DNA of 59,346 nucleotides, filler included, from Sphacelaria rigidula (taxonomy: Eukaryota): NCBI GenBank assembly GCA_964200075.2. It is 5 parts of 5 records of this genome, joined end to end, with 100 filler letters (N's around TTAATTAATTAA, not from the genome) between each part and the next. Parts side by side here need not be neighbours in the genome. Positions count along the whole stretch, not along the records: positions 35,670 to 47,458 come from CAXNAA020004498.1; positions 47,559 to 59,346 come from CAXNAA020004499.1; 3 more parts are not named here. One strand, given 5' to 3'. A program made the translations under genes and the position numbers. Below, one piece after another: positions 36,894-49,564 of this stretch. The notes under the pieces were generated by a model, which made no database searches, was not told the origin of the DNA, and saw nothing but the letters and a program-made list of their open reading frames with translations. How positions within the stretch are numbered: position 1 is the stretch's first letter; every line of letters begins with the position of its first letter.

Positions 36894-38374
36894 TAAGATC
36901 TCAGTTTCCTACACGTTATACCCGGCGGCTTGTCCACGCTTCGTTGCCCAAGGGGACATAGCGACCGCAGGCGGACTCTCGAAGGAACCTCGTCAAGCAC
37001 GGCTCAACCGCGAAAGTTTTGAAATACCGAAAGTGACGGTTACATTACCGACGGCAAACATATCGCATTACCGACCGCAAAATTGTCCTAATACCGACGA
37101 ATATATTTGGAGCTAGAAACACTGCCGTGTGAATTATCTACTAGATGCATAAAATACAGGCCAAAACACACGCAGTCAGAGACTGTAACTAACTCTCGGT
37201 GTTCGTGCTTCTCGACACGGTTAACGGCCGGAGAGCAGGGTACTCCGTGTTGCACGCCAGGTAAGCGGGCGTTGCTTGTCATTTGATGTGAGTCTCGAGC
37301 CACTATGTATTTTGCTGAAGTAGGTGGTGTAAGTGTTGCACATGTTTCTGTTCGCTGATGCGAGCGCATGTGGGATGCTGCTCCTGTTGTCCAAAGGGCT
37401 TCACATTGTTTTGTAACTTCATCCCAGGGAATCGGGGGAACGGAGGGGGGAGAAGCCTATCACCCTCTGGTTCCAATGCCATGCTTGCCTGGTGTTGATT
37501 CGGTAAGGAGCGATGGATGTGAGCTGTCGGGAGTCCGTGACTGACTCGGTGGATACCAGTTTGAAGTCGTTGGATATTTCTCACATGGCAAACTGCGGGA
37601 GGGGGGTGTTTGGGGTCGGCAGGACTCGACGAACAGAGGTTCGGGGGTCAGGAGAGACGTGGGCAGACGTGCTCCACAAGGCGGTGATGAGTTGCTTCAG
37701 CAACGTTCAGTTGATGCTGGTGGATGCTCGAGATACTTCGGCAGCGGCCTTGACCCTGTATGGTGTTTGCGGTAATTGCAACGGCGTTGCACAATCAGGA
37801 GCTTTCATTTTTTCTTCTCAAGATGGAATCGTACCTTGCGGTACAGGTCGTTCTCTCATGGCACCTGGATTGACAGTGTCGACAGCTGACAATGATTATT
37901 TTAGTGTAATAATAAGACACTGCAATCAGCGCTGCTCTGATTTTCTCTCTTGTGCTGTGCTGCTCGCCACTACAGCACTGACTGCTTCCCACAACAATCA
38001 GCTGTACAACGCTGTTTGGGGCGTAGTGGATCGTGCACGGTGCAGGACAACTGCCCGTAATAAGGCCTACTGTATGCACCGCTGGCTTCATCATCATCAG
38101 CAACTGCTCTTTTGAGAATCGCGTGGTTGTCACCATGCAACAAGCAACAGGGATGCTGAAGAGATGTGCACGATGGAAGAGTCTGTAAATGACATACTAC
38201 AAGGGTGCACGAGGCACATGGAAAGATCATGTCTGCAAGCAAGATTGCGGAACCGCCATCCAACAGTACAGTACAGTACAGCACAATAGCCGATACTGAC
38301 AGCCTGTCTGCACGTGTGTATCGCTGTTCTCCTCCGTCTTACTCCCTGCGCACAGCAGACGCTACAGTACAACC

Positions 38375-41300
38375 ATGAGGTCCGCGATAGCCCTCTTGGG
38401 TCTCATGCTCTGCACGGCGCAGGCATTCTATGTCCCCGTGCAAACCCGCAGCTCCGTGAAGCCGTCGTTTTTCGGCCAGGGAGTAGCATCTCGGCAGGTG
38501 GCCCCCTCTCGCCCTAATGAGCTCCGCGCGTCTCTCGAGGACATCGAAAGGAGGCTCGCGGAACAGGTGAACAATCAGTGTACGGTCTGTAAGGTGCAGC
38601 ATAGAGCGTTCGGTAGTCGTGACGCATATCGGAACACGTACATTCAACGTCATGTTGTGCATGCACGGTGGCACATGTTTCGCGCACGAGTAAGCAAAAA
38701 ACTGTTCCGAAACAGTCGTCGCGCCCCTACGTGCTTATTTTTATTGCGCGCGACATGTACATGTGCGTGTAGCTTACGCTGTGTCTTGTCCGATGCCCGT
38801 CAACTTGTTGCAGTGCTGGAATTTCTACGGTTTGTACGTTGTGTGAAGTCTTCTGTGGCCGTTGTTTGAGGGTAACTCGGCAGAGCTGACTCTCTCCAGT
38901 GGTGCTCATGTTACCTCCTGACTGTCTGTATCTAGGAGTACAGACACAACCGACTTGACGCCACGATGACATGGTGAGCGTTCATTGCATCGCGTACTGC
39001 TGTGCGAGGATGCATCCCGTTGGGTAATTAACTTTGGGAAGCCATGGATGGTTCTTGATTTTGTAAATTGGCATCATTTTGACTTGGAAATGAATGAAAA
39101 TGATCTCGATTCACACGAACAAAAATCATCAAAGGGTTTCAAAAGGATTGAGCCCTTCGATTGCCTTCTTGCCCTTTTTTCAGCGCATGAACCTAATTGC
39201 TTCCGGTACCCACTCCGCAATGCGCCCGCTGCATGACCCTGACGGTATGTTATCTTGGAGATTAGAAATCCATTATCATCGGTCGGTTGACCTCTAGCGA
39301 CTCCAGTACCCCTTACGCGCGGTTTCAAGTATGTATCTTTCGCATCTGCTATCCGTCGGGTGGGAGATGTACGCTGATGCATGTGTATGTGTACGTGTTT
39401 CTTCCATTTATTCTGGACGCCTACACCTTCCGGTCTACGTTGGCGCACCAGGCCACACAGAACTTCTTGTTTTATCTCCGCCTTTTTTTTGCGGTGCTTG
39501 CCATCTATTTTATCCCAATGAGGGTTCGGCCGTTCCTTGCCTTCGTCGATGATCTTATGTATTTCGGACAAACTTTCGTTTACTCACGGAATAATCGTTC
39601 TCCACCGTCAAGCATACTGCGAGGGAGGGATGTACTCATGATCATGCGTGCCATAGTCATCAGACCATTCATGACTATGGCACGCATGATCATGAATGAG
39701 TGCGAGGGAGGGGGGGGAGAAACGTTTGGCTTCACCGAGGATGGAACTCTCGACCGATCTGTCAGTAGGTTCTCAAGGTCACCACATTCATGCCTCGGGT
39801 ACTTGTAATCACACCCTGGACGAGAGATTGAATCGTCAAGAAGTGTGCTGCGTACAGACAGTATCTATCGGCTGTTGCGTCTAATGCAGCAGACAAAGAT
39901 TCTATACTACCGTACGCAGTACCACTTTTGACAGTGTATTGTGTCCTTCAGGATATTCTTTCAAATCCAGAGTGCAGTACAGTACCGTCCATGGAACATA
40001 CTGCATCCAAATGAAATACCTCGTTCATCAAATCAACAAATGATGGTAACTGACTGCATCATGCGGCCTCCTTCTGCCTGTGTCGGGTGTTAGCATGAGA
40101 TGCGCGTTATGTCGACGCACGTCCACCACTGTACCCACGATATTGAAGTGGAAATGGGTCCCCAACACGCTCTAAAGAAAAGAAGGGTTGGCGCGCATAT
40201 TGCGCTTGGACTCCGTCGTAACCGTTGCCTCAACCTTGATCCGTACCGGCGCGGCGGTAGCGTTGCCCATTATTAATCCTTGGACAGCGAGCGTCGCGTC
40301 GGAACACCTTCACACGGTGACAGTCCAGGGACATCCAGGGGTTTCCAGGCGGCGGATGGGCGGGTTGTTGACGGGGGTCGGGGCTTGTTCGCAAAACAGC
40401 CGAAAAGCTCACCAAGTTAAAGCCAGGAGCGAGACCCGAGAAGAGCGGAGTGACGATTCTGACCAAATCCAGCTATCAAATTGGTTACTTTGTTTCCCTA
40501 CAGCTGGACTGATTCGCTGCCTAGCGGTACTTCTTATTTGGCCGTGGGAATTCAACCGCGGATTACATGGGCACGAATAAATTGCCTACTACGCTGCTCG
40601 TGGTCTGGGCCGCCTGCCTGACCCCTCGTGTGCTGCCAGCAGGGCTTCAACACTTTTCAGTCTAGAGCGATGGCACGCTGACTATTTCTTGCCGTTGCAT
40701 TCAGTGGAGACAAACAACACGTATAGTGACTGGACGCTACAGTATAGTCAGCAGGGTCAAACCCGGTCGGGGGTGTAGGTGGTTGTGTGGGGAGGGCTCA
40801 GCAAACACCTCGGTCTTCGGCTCTTGTCCGCATCCTCGCGAAAGTAGCAAAGGAAAACATTTTGAAACAGTCCACGCGTCGGACAACTCATTTTCGTACA
40901 ATCCAGCTATTGTGATATACTGTAAAACTCAGCAGTATCTATTTCTACTGGCAGAGCTATGTTGTAAAGCTCAGCGATACCTTTTTCCACAGGATGGGTC
41001 ATGTCACGGAATTGGGGTAACTCATGAGTTGTCCTGTCCTACGTGTGAAGAAGTCTCAAATGGGCGAGCGTTTTTCAACTTTCCTCGAAGTGAGCCTACA
41101 CACTGACTTTGAGGAAATATGTAGATGCCCAACATGCACATGCTCGTAAAAAAAAAGGCTTTCAGTGTAGCGAGAAAAAACGTTGTTGTGAATCCTGAGG
41201 GTGGTATTATCCTTCACAATCCACCTGCGGGGAGAAGTCGATGTGTGGGGGTTAGTATACATGGAACGCAGTACGGGGTATGATTGCAAACAATGCCGAT

Positions 41301-43634
41301 TCCACGAGTGGACGCCTGCGGCGCCAAAGGAGTTGAGCGTGTGACCACAAGGGTAGAACATCTGGTCATGGACTAAATTTTCATGTGGAAATAATGCTGA
41401 TCTTTTCGAGATGACCTACTCTCGCGATCAAAGGATTTCAAGATTTGTGCAACCCGATCCAAATGAAGAAAACGTGAGCAAAATTTATCCTTGAATCTCT
41501 GAGAAGATTCCTCTCTGTTGGTCTTACAAATCTTGGACAAAATCGAAAACTGAGGATAGTCTCTGGGTTGAGGCCACTCCTTGTGAAGGCGAAAGCAATC
41601 TCTCCGAAAGATGTCCTGCTGAGCGATTTCGCGCCGATTTCTGGCGGGATACGGACATTGACTACTTGCCTCACCTCGGAGAAATTTTGCTCCACTCACC
41701 AAGAGCATTCTAGCACGCCTTCCCGATCTCTCGTACACTCAGTTTTGTTGTTGGCCGGACTATTACAGCAATTTCTCCAACAATCCACAAAAAGCTTCGG
41801 GCTATATATATTTCAAACTACAGGAACAAGATTCAGACACGCTAGCGTGTTCGGGGGGTTGTTTGAAATATCGCCATAATTCATAGTCTGACCCACAAAA
41901 GCAAATCTGAGCGCAGCACGAAAGATGAGGGAATTGCTCTATTATAGAATCCTAGTCGGAACGTGTAACAAATCTTGACGAAAAGGCACAACCCGTCACT
42001 GCCCGTATTGTGAGCACACGTCGGCGCTGAATGACCAAGAGGTGCATCTCTTCGGAGAGTTTTGTAATAGTACCACGTGAAGCGGGAGGAGAGAAGGAAG
42101 TATTGCCAATAATCGCCATACTATCGGTATGAAAGTCTTACAGACTTGACAGAAGTTGTCGGGTACGGTACGGGATGCTTACACAGAACCGGTACCGGCG
42201 ATTGGGTAACTCTTTTCGTGTGTACCCGCCCCTCGGGTTCGGGTAAATGTCATGTACAGAACTCACAGAACTGTCGGGTACCGGTATGAAAGTCTTGGAG
42301 ACTTGACAGAAGTTGTCGGGTACGGTATATACCCGGAAAAGTACCCCGGGTATACAGAAAACCGTACCTTACAGAACACAACCTTGAAATTTACTGCTTT
42401 TGGTGATTTTTCCCTACGCAGCAGCACTTTCTACCGCAGACAAACCTCGGAGTTTTTTTTCAGATTTATATCGCTACACACTTTTGCTTTGTGCATGTAC
42501 TGTAGAGGTACCCGTCCCCCCCCCCTACCTCCCCTGTCCTCCTCACTGGCGTTCGGCGAGATTCTCCTCCCTTTCTACAGCTGTGTCGAATAATTTATCA
42601 GTTTTGTAGAAGCATGCACGCATACACATTCTGGTCGAATATTACTCAGAAGAGCGTTTTGATTCCGTCACCATAGCTTCGAAGCGTGTGTCGTTTTTTC
42701 CCTCAAGTTAGCGGATTGAAAAGATGACAGGGTCATGGGAGAATGGTACCCTGTTTCAGCTCTAGGGCTAACACATCATACCAAGCTGCCCCAAGAAACC
42801 TCTTCGCCAAGAGAGAGCAACCCCCTACCGTAGCATTGCTCAAGGGCATACTGTCTCTCCTTCCTCATATAACATCTACATGTAACTAGCATGAAGACAT
42901 GACAGGCAAGAAGAAAGCCCTCACTTTTTGTGCCGTTGGGTTGCTACGGTGGTTTGATCCATGGCAGTTTTAAGCTGGACTGCAACATCACTGGTGACAG
43001 CGATGGAATTACACAGGCACTGCCAGTCGCCCCGGTGGCTCAGTTGGTAACCTCGAAACCTTTCGACGGTTGGGTCGTGGGTTCAATTCTCGGAGCGATC
43101 TGGGATTTTTTCTCACACCATGCCCAACAGTGGAGAGCGACTATGTCGTGGGTACATAAAAGTCGACTCAACGGTCGACGAGGGAAAGCGAATACTGAAC
43201 CCCTTGCGATAAAAAATGAAGGCAAGCACCGCAAAAGGAAGGTGGGGTACTTAAAACAAATAAAAAAGAAGAAGCTCCTGTGTTGACCTTCCTCCTGTGT
43301 GACCCCGANNNNNNNNNNGGTGCGCCCACATATACCGAAAGGTGTAGACCGGCGTCCAAAATAGATGGGACGACAACACACACAAACACACAGCACTCCA
43401 GCCATGTTGTTTTCGCCCTCTGCTGTACAATCCTACTACTTTAGTACTTTGCGACTACACATTACCCTGACAAGATCTTTGGGGACTACACGCAGCAGGG
43501 GTGAAGAAAAAGCCGGAGGCGATACACACGAATACTTTCGGTCGAAATTCGCCAAGAAAATTGATGGGAATATTGTATGTATCAGTACACACTACAGCCC
43601 CTGACTGGTTCTCGCCCACGGCGAAAAACGTGAG

Positions 43635-43677
<43 letters not shown>

Positions 43678-46177
43678 CCCGCCGTCGCCTGCGCAGCAGA
43701 AAAACAGGGGGGGATGGGTGGGGGGGTAGAGGAGCGGTGGGNNNNNNNNNNAAGAAAATGGAGTGGAAATTTTTTTGTTTAAGACCCCACAACCGCCCCT
43801 GCCGGGTTCCCCCCCCCGGCGAAAAACGGGGGCCCCCCCCCCCCCCCCCCCCAAATGTTTTGCGGTAAGCCGCGAGTGGCCTTCTGGAAGAACAAGTGTG
43901 CTGCGTGCAGATTTGGGCTCGAACTATGCGCCGGCGCAGATGCGCGCAGACGATTTTTTTATGCCCGACACGCGCTGTTCTTCCTCTCGATACATACGTA
44001 CGTACAGTCGAAAAACAAGGCCGTTCTTTCCACGCTTTTATCGCCGCGAAATTAGTGCGCTTGTATATATATATCTTGTGTATTAATCATTTTGGCTCTC
44101 TCGCACGACACGGCATTTGTGCTGCAGCGAGCGCGCCACTATTTGCAAGTGATGGCGTCCCTTAACTCTTGTTGTCGACACAGGAGAAGGCAAAGAAGGC
44201 GAAGGCTCAAGCACCCCCCGCAATTCTCAAGGCTGCTCCGGCGCCCGCTCCCAAGGCACCGAAGGCGGCTGCACCTAAGGCAAAGTCCGCGCCTGCTGTA
44301 GGTGAGACGGGTGCTTTTTCTTCGTCTATTCCCTTTTCTTTTCTACTGTTTTGTATGCTTTCCTTGGAGCGTGCTTCACTTTTCACTCTGTTCGTTGTAA
44401 ATTCGTCAGTCCTTCGTTACACCAAATGCAACAGGTTGCTCTCTGAGTGTGTGCGTCCCCTACCGCCCCCCCCTCCCCCCCGAAAAGAAGGGAAGAGAAT
44501 GTATTGAAATAAACAAGAGAGGAGATGCATATACTGACCGCAGGAGGCACATACCACTTTTTGGTGGGTACAGTGTAAAGAAATACTTGTTGAGCCGTCC
44601 ACAAGAGTGGAGATGCATATACGGCTATGTTCGGTAGGGCATGAGATTTTCTGCACAATCTACAGATCTGTCGGAAAACGGAATGAAAAGCCTTGAAGAA
44701 GTTGAAGATGAAACCCTGTTGGGCACGAGTTACAAAACCCGTCAGGTACCCACTGAGAGGAGATTGTACAGAAACCCTTACCCGTGACGGGGTACTTCAC
44801 CGGTTTACCCCTGCCTCGGTTGGAGGCTGAATTTTCTCACAGATATTACAGACCCGTCGAGTACCTGTACGAGAGGCTCGCAAGCAATACTGTCGGGTAC
44901 GGGTAATATCCAGGTTCATACCCCGGGTGCACAAAAAATCAGATCCTACAGAGCACATCCTTGCAACAATATTTCACGAGGAACCTTTGTCCTGCCAACT
45001 CAGCACCGATTGTTTTGTTTTTTTTGCTAGGTAAATGAGGGCTTGGTGGATAGATTGTGCTATCTCGTAAGAGACTTGCTGTACTTGTAGTTTAGTTTTT
45101 CAAAAAAAACTCCAGCAGCGCTTATTTCCCATTTTTCTCTTACCCAGTATAACTCTTGGCCAGACAAGCAAAAACGTTCATGGGTGAACAAACAACACAT
45201 GGAAAAAAAATACATCATTTGTTGCTCATTCATGAGATGCTGCTTGTCCGGTTGTCCCACACCGCACAATATGGTGTAGCTCGACTACCTGCCATCATGG
45301 ATACCGCCACAAAAAACGCAAACGCGCAAAAAAACCCGGTCAACCTGGTTGCCTAGGTCACGCAGGGAATGACGTGTTTTACAGCGTCACCGCCAACCGA
45401 CGCCGACGCCAACCCCATCGGGGGTCCGCCCCTGCAAAGCCGGGATGGAGCATGCCGGGTTCTCGCCGGACCAGGCTGCGTGTACCGGGGGGGAGATGGG
45501 GTGATCCCTTGAGATCTGGACTCGTCTCGAGGAAGGGCAGGAGTTTGAAGTGCGACGAGAAAAAAAAAGACGCGACAATCGATACTGTACGCAGTACATT
45601 TTTCAGACTACAATTTTTTGTGCACAGTGTGGAAAATTTCTAGGCCAGCCAAAAATCCTGAACAAGGTTCGAGGAAGATCGGAAAGGGTGCGCTGGAATC
45701 CAATCCATCTCGTGGAGTACACGGCAAGTTTTCTCTTGGAGATGGCGGTATCCGTCGAGCTTTCTTCCAGGGTGAACACTGACGGCTGCGAACCGACATC
45801 ATTGCCGTTTCTCCACTGAGATGCTTTTCTCTGCTCTCGCACAAAATGAGAAAAGTGATAACTCCCTGATTCGGTATCGTTCTTCATGCCAATCCCTTTT
45901 GGGAAAAAAAAATAGCAAGACAAGGCACGACATTTTCGTCCCGTTGTTTTTAATATATGTTTGTCTTCATTTTTTTCTTGTTTTGTCGCCCTCCGCTTCA
46001 GTTGCACCGGCACCTGTGCCCGCACCTGCGCCGACGCCTAGCAAGAGTGTTGCGCCTGCTCCGTCATCATCCAGCCTGCCCACAGGAGACGTCGCGGAGG
46101 GTGTTGCTCTAGGGGCTCTGCCGTGGGTTGTTGCGCCGGTCGTGGCTTTGGGGGCCTTGCGCCCGTTGCTCGCCAAG
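38375..46177 (+). CDS. Plastid-targeted Ala/Pro/Lys-rich membrane protein of unknown function (3' end missing)
   Basis: Exons 38375-38566, 44184-44301 and 46002-46177 join in phase (0, then 1). Signal peptide MRSAIALLGLMLCTAQA|F has an ASAFAP-type Phe, followed by an S/R-rich transit peptide, SLEDIERRLAEQEKAKK, an AP/K-rich linker and a hydrophobic segment GVALGALPWVVAPVVALGAL. Confidence 0.85.
42125..42390. repeat. Repeat family C (ACAGAAGTTGTCGGGTACGG sub-repeats), likely a non-autonomous TE end
   Basis: GGTATGAAAGTCTT..AGACTTGACAGAAGTTGTCGGGTACGGTA occurs at ~42126 and ~42283. The end CCCCGGGTATACAGAAA...ACAGAACACAACCTTG is shared with 44920-44965. Confidence 0.7.
43025..43392 (+). mobile_element. 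tRNA-derived SINE with (CA)n tail, full length, intronic
   Basis: A box TGGCTCAGTTGG (43036-43047), B box GGTTCAATTCT (43080-43090), tail CAACACACACAAACACACA. Flanked by an imperfect direct repeat GCACTGCCAG / GCACTCCAG. Confidence 0.85.
44655..44965. repeat. Repeat family C, diverged copy
   Basis: CTGTCGGGTACGGGTA...ACCCCGGGTGCACAAAA...ACAGAGCACATCCTTG matches 42310-42386. Confidence 0.6.
45290..45535 (-). repeat. Family A variant
   Basis: Matches 32488-32665, then GGGGGAGATGGGGTGATCCCTTGAGA matches the reverse complement of 3600-3640. Confidence 0.75.
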
Positions 46178-46624
46178 GTGCGTTGTGTGGTGTTGTGTCC
46201 CGTCATATTTTGTGCAAATACTGTAGTTGTGCGCAACACACGACATTTCAGATTTTGTGGCACTTGCACTCCAACTCCAAAATGCAGGATCCGACAGCAG
46301 TGCGGTCAAGACTACGTTTGTTACAAATCCAATCCGCTGTACTAATATCGAGTAATTGGGCCACGCCAGCATACTGCGGGGTCTCGGCATTGTGCTGGGA
46401 TTCTCAATTGTATGTTCTTTTAGTGCTGACTTTGCCACATCAAGGTTTGTTCCCCGTTGTATATACACACGAAACAGACAAGTGAGGGATCTTGAGATCA
46501 TGACATTCGCTCTCTACAGCGTAGTACAGTAGTTCGAACATGGCACAACAAAGCTGCAATGTGGATTGCTCTGTTCTACACTACAGTAGACAGTGTATTA
46601 CTCCCGTTCAAAAATATGCAGAGG

Positions 46625-46720
46625 TACTCATGATCTTGCATGCCTTTGTCGTATGACCATTGACCTCTCATGCCGACAAAGCCGGGACGGCGCACGCCGG
46701 GGTTCGCCGGACCAGGCTTG
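46625..46720 (-). repeat. Family A core fragment
   Basis: CTCATGATCTTGCATGC...GACCATTGACCTC...AAAGCCGGGACGGCGCACGCCGGGGTTCGCCGGACCAGGC. Confidence 0.75.
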
Positions 46721-47458
46721 GTAGGGGGGGTGGGGGATGGGGGGCAGAATCCGCCAATGGTACCCATCAGTACCGCACGCTGTCATGAGTTGAGGTCCAT
46801 GTAACTTTCCATATGTCGCATCATGTATTGATTTCAGCAAAGGGATTTAATTGAACAAGTGTTTCGTTGTTCACGTTGGCTTCGGTTGTACCGAGGCGAA
46901 GGCAACGGCTACTGCTGTTTATTTACTGACGAATGCCTCTAGCACGGTCCGTCAGTAATAGAGATCACCCCACCGCCGGCCCGGGTCAACACAGTCAAAA
47001 CGCAAAACCGTGCTGCTGCTGCTGTCGCTGCTGCTGTCATTCGATCTAGATGAATTTTTTGGTGATTTGTGGCCCGTCGCGTGCTTGTATGGATTCAAGA
47101 CTAGTATACTCTAGCCAAGTAATAACCGTCTCCGTACTTGGATCAAATGAGGAGATCTCTGGTGATATAGATCATATTTGTTCGATCTAGGACAACTGTT
47201 GCGAGATTTGACAAGTGCTGCGCCCCCGCGGCAAGCTCCGACAACGCCGTCGTTGGACAAAGCTGTCGAAAGACTCGCGAGCGAGCACTATGGGTCACCT
47301 TGTCAAATCTCTTCTTGTCCTCGTTGAAATTCATCATATCGCGTGTTGATCCCCCCCCCCCCGCGAGCGCGCGCCACTCACCACGTAAGCTAGGCAACCA
47401 GGTTACCGCCTTTTTTTGCGCGCTTGCGTTTTTTTTTTGCGGTAATCAAGATGGTAGT

Positions 47459-47558
47459 NNNNNNNNNNNNNNNNNNNNNNNNNNNNNNNNNNNNNNNNNN
47501 NNTTAATTAATTAANNNNNNNNNNNNNNNNNNNNNNNNNNNNNNNNNNNNNNNNNNNN
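47459..47558. other. Artificial scaffold linker 4
   Basis: 44 N + TTAATTAATTAA + 44 N. Confidence 0.98.
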
Positions 47559-48217
47559 GGCACGTGCTGGTAACATGCATGATGCTAGTCTCTCGAGCGG
47601 TCGGTAATCGCCCAGCGAGGGAACACAAAGGACACGGGCGTGGAGCTTCCTCTCTGTCGTTGCTTCTCTCTCTGGTGATATCGTCATCGACACGGGTGTA
47701 CACCGCAGTCGTTCGGTGCATTTAGCCACAACTGATGATTCATAGTTGCGGAGTTTTGGGGGTAAAGATGGTTCCGCTCTGTGCTACTGTTTCGCGTCGT
47801 CCCTGCAAAGACGATATACCACTGGAACCTCATTTTTGGGATGGACCTCATTTTGCAGCATCCGCTGTCATATGGTGTTCATAAGGAGAAGAAATATTGT
47901 TGACAAATGCTAAGAAGAAAATCGCGGCTCTTCACCAGCTTTCTGAGGTTCAGGCATGGACATTGGTATTCATCCCGAGTTGTCCAAGGCACATTTGTAG
48001 GAAGTGCCATTGTGAAACCCGGTGAACTGATGCAAGAGCACCATTTCCACGTCGAAAAAGGCGTTCTACACCAAACTCAACCAGTCAGAAGGCTGTGCCG
48101 GCACGGTACACTTCAGCGCACATTTTCGCAAAGATTCACGCAGCTTTTTGGAGTGGGCTGCTTTCGAAGCGCCGATGGAGGGTTAGCTTTCAAATGGAAC
48201 ACGACACTGTTTTGTTC

Positions 48218-48253
<36 letters not shown>
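48218..48253. repeat. (GTT)n microsatellite
   Basis: About 12 TGT units. Confidence 0.9.
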
Positions 48254-48840
48254 CTTCACATTCAAAACCGTTCCGATATCTGTACAAAACAAAATTACAG
48301 TACGTCACCACGGATGTCTTTCAGGTACTTCTCTACTCAATGCAGTCGATACCGTCTGTGGCACAGGTCAATGCTGTCGTTCCCCCGTCTGGAAAACTCT
48401 GTTTTCAATTTAGTTTTGTTCCAAACTGTCGAGCAGGCGTGAGTGACAAGCACCTAGAAAAAGCGTCCCCTCTGACGAACCGCAACAGCCGCACGTTCTT
48501 CACCGCGTATACTATGTCATAATGTGGGGAAAAGATGGCAAAAATGACCTAATGTGATGTCAAAATGGGGTAAAATGGAACCCGATTTCCCAGGTGGACA
48601 TTGCAGATATATGCTCATACCCCGTGTGGATACCAGGCACTCCATGGATGTCCCAGATACATATTTATGATGATGCAGGGCTCCCTCGAAACCGCCTCCG
48701 ACACTCCTGCAGACACATCGATGGTGAACACTCCACGCCAGAGGAAAAAAAAAATGCTTCACTTGGAGTTTCAATATGCACGCGTCTTGGACAGCAAACT
48801 TTGCTACAGATGGTAACAAGCGTTGTGAAAAAATATGGCA

Positions 48841-49306
48841 TGTTGCAAATTTAGACAGGACAGTCTAAGCTCTTTGTGTGTGATTGAAATCGCCGCTGCA
48901 AGTTACTGTACTGCATAAGCGGCACGACTGAATGCTATTTGCTACGGTTCAGGTGAAACTGTAAACCACGTATGTGTCGTTTCACTGTACCTTTTGCATG
49001 GTAATATAGGGTACATGTTTCAATATCTTTTGGTTTACGTACAGCATTGGTTTTTCTCCAGGGAGTGGAAAGTGTTGAGGCTCGCTCTCGCTCGCCCATC
49101 GCTTCTCACTCTCCCCAGCAACCCAGTTTTGCTTCCACAGCTCTCTCTTGCAAAAGAGGCTGTTTGATATTTTAGGCCAGAAGCGCCGAACTACACTATC
49201 TTGATTTTACTACACTGGCTCCTGGCAAGTAGCTTTACCGTTACAGCGCAAGTCTCTGCTTAACTGTCCAGTGAGACAATGCCGTGCCAACGAATAATTT
49301 CCAACA
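48841..49306 (+). repeat. 5' LTR (466 nt)
   Basis: Ends TGTTG...CAACA. The first 383 nt match the 3' LTR with 6 substitutions by manual count. Confidence 0.93.
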
Positions 49307-49317
49307 GGTTTTGAGCC
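49307..49317 (+). promoter_or_regulatory. Primer binding site, half-tRNA-Met type
   Basis: GGTTTTGAGCC directly after the LTR is one mismatch from GGTTATGAGCC. That sequence is complementary to the initiator tRNA-Met anticodon arm, as used by Ty5 and Drosophila copia. Confidence 0.75.
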
Positions 49318-49564
49318 TTCTATTCGCGACCACATAGGTCAACAGGCTATCAGCCTCGGTTCGCGACCACACAGGCCAACAGGTGCCTTCGATTCGCGAC
49401 GACTTAGGTCTTCAGGTCATCAGCCTTCGAGTCAAGACTACATCGGTCAGCACGAGCGAGGAGGTCTCATATCAAGGTCGCCACAGCAGCGACAATCAAG
49501 AGTCCAAGAACCCTGACCTTTCCAAAATATCTGCAGGTGTGAAGAGAATAGTTTTATTAGTAAC

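Noticed and set aside
40260..40620. Possible LINE 3' remnant
   Set aside because: The resemblance is too weak to support without a database search.
43025..43100. tRNA gene
   Set aside because: A and B boxes are present, but there is no acceptor stem or cloverleaf, and it continues into a repeated SINE body.
49302..49447. Repeat/spacer-like 33-38-nt periodicity
   Set aside because: Whole units are homologous, with no unique spacers; explained as an LTR-end/PBS duplication.
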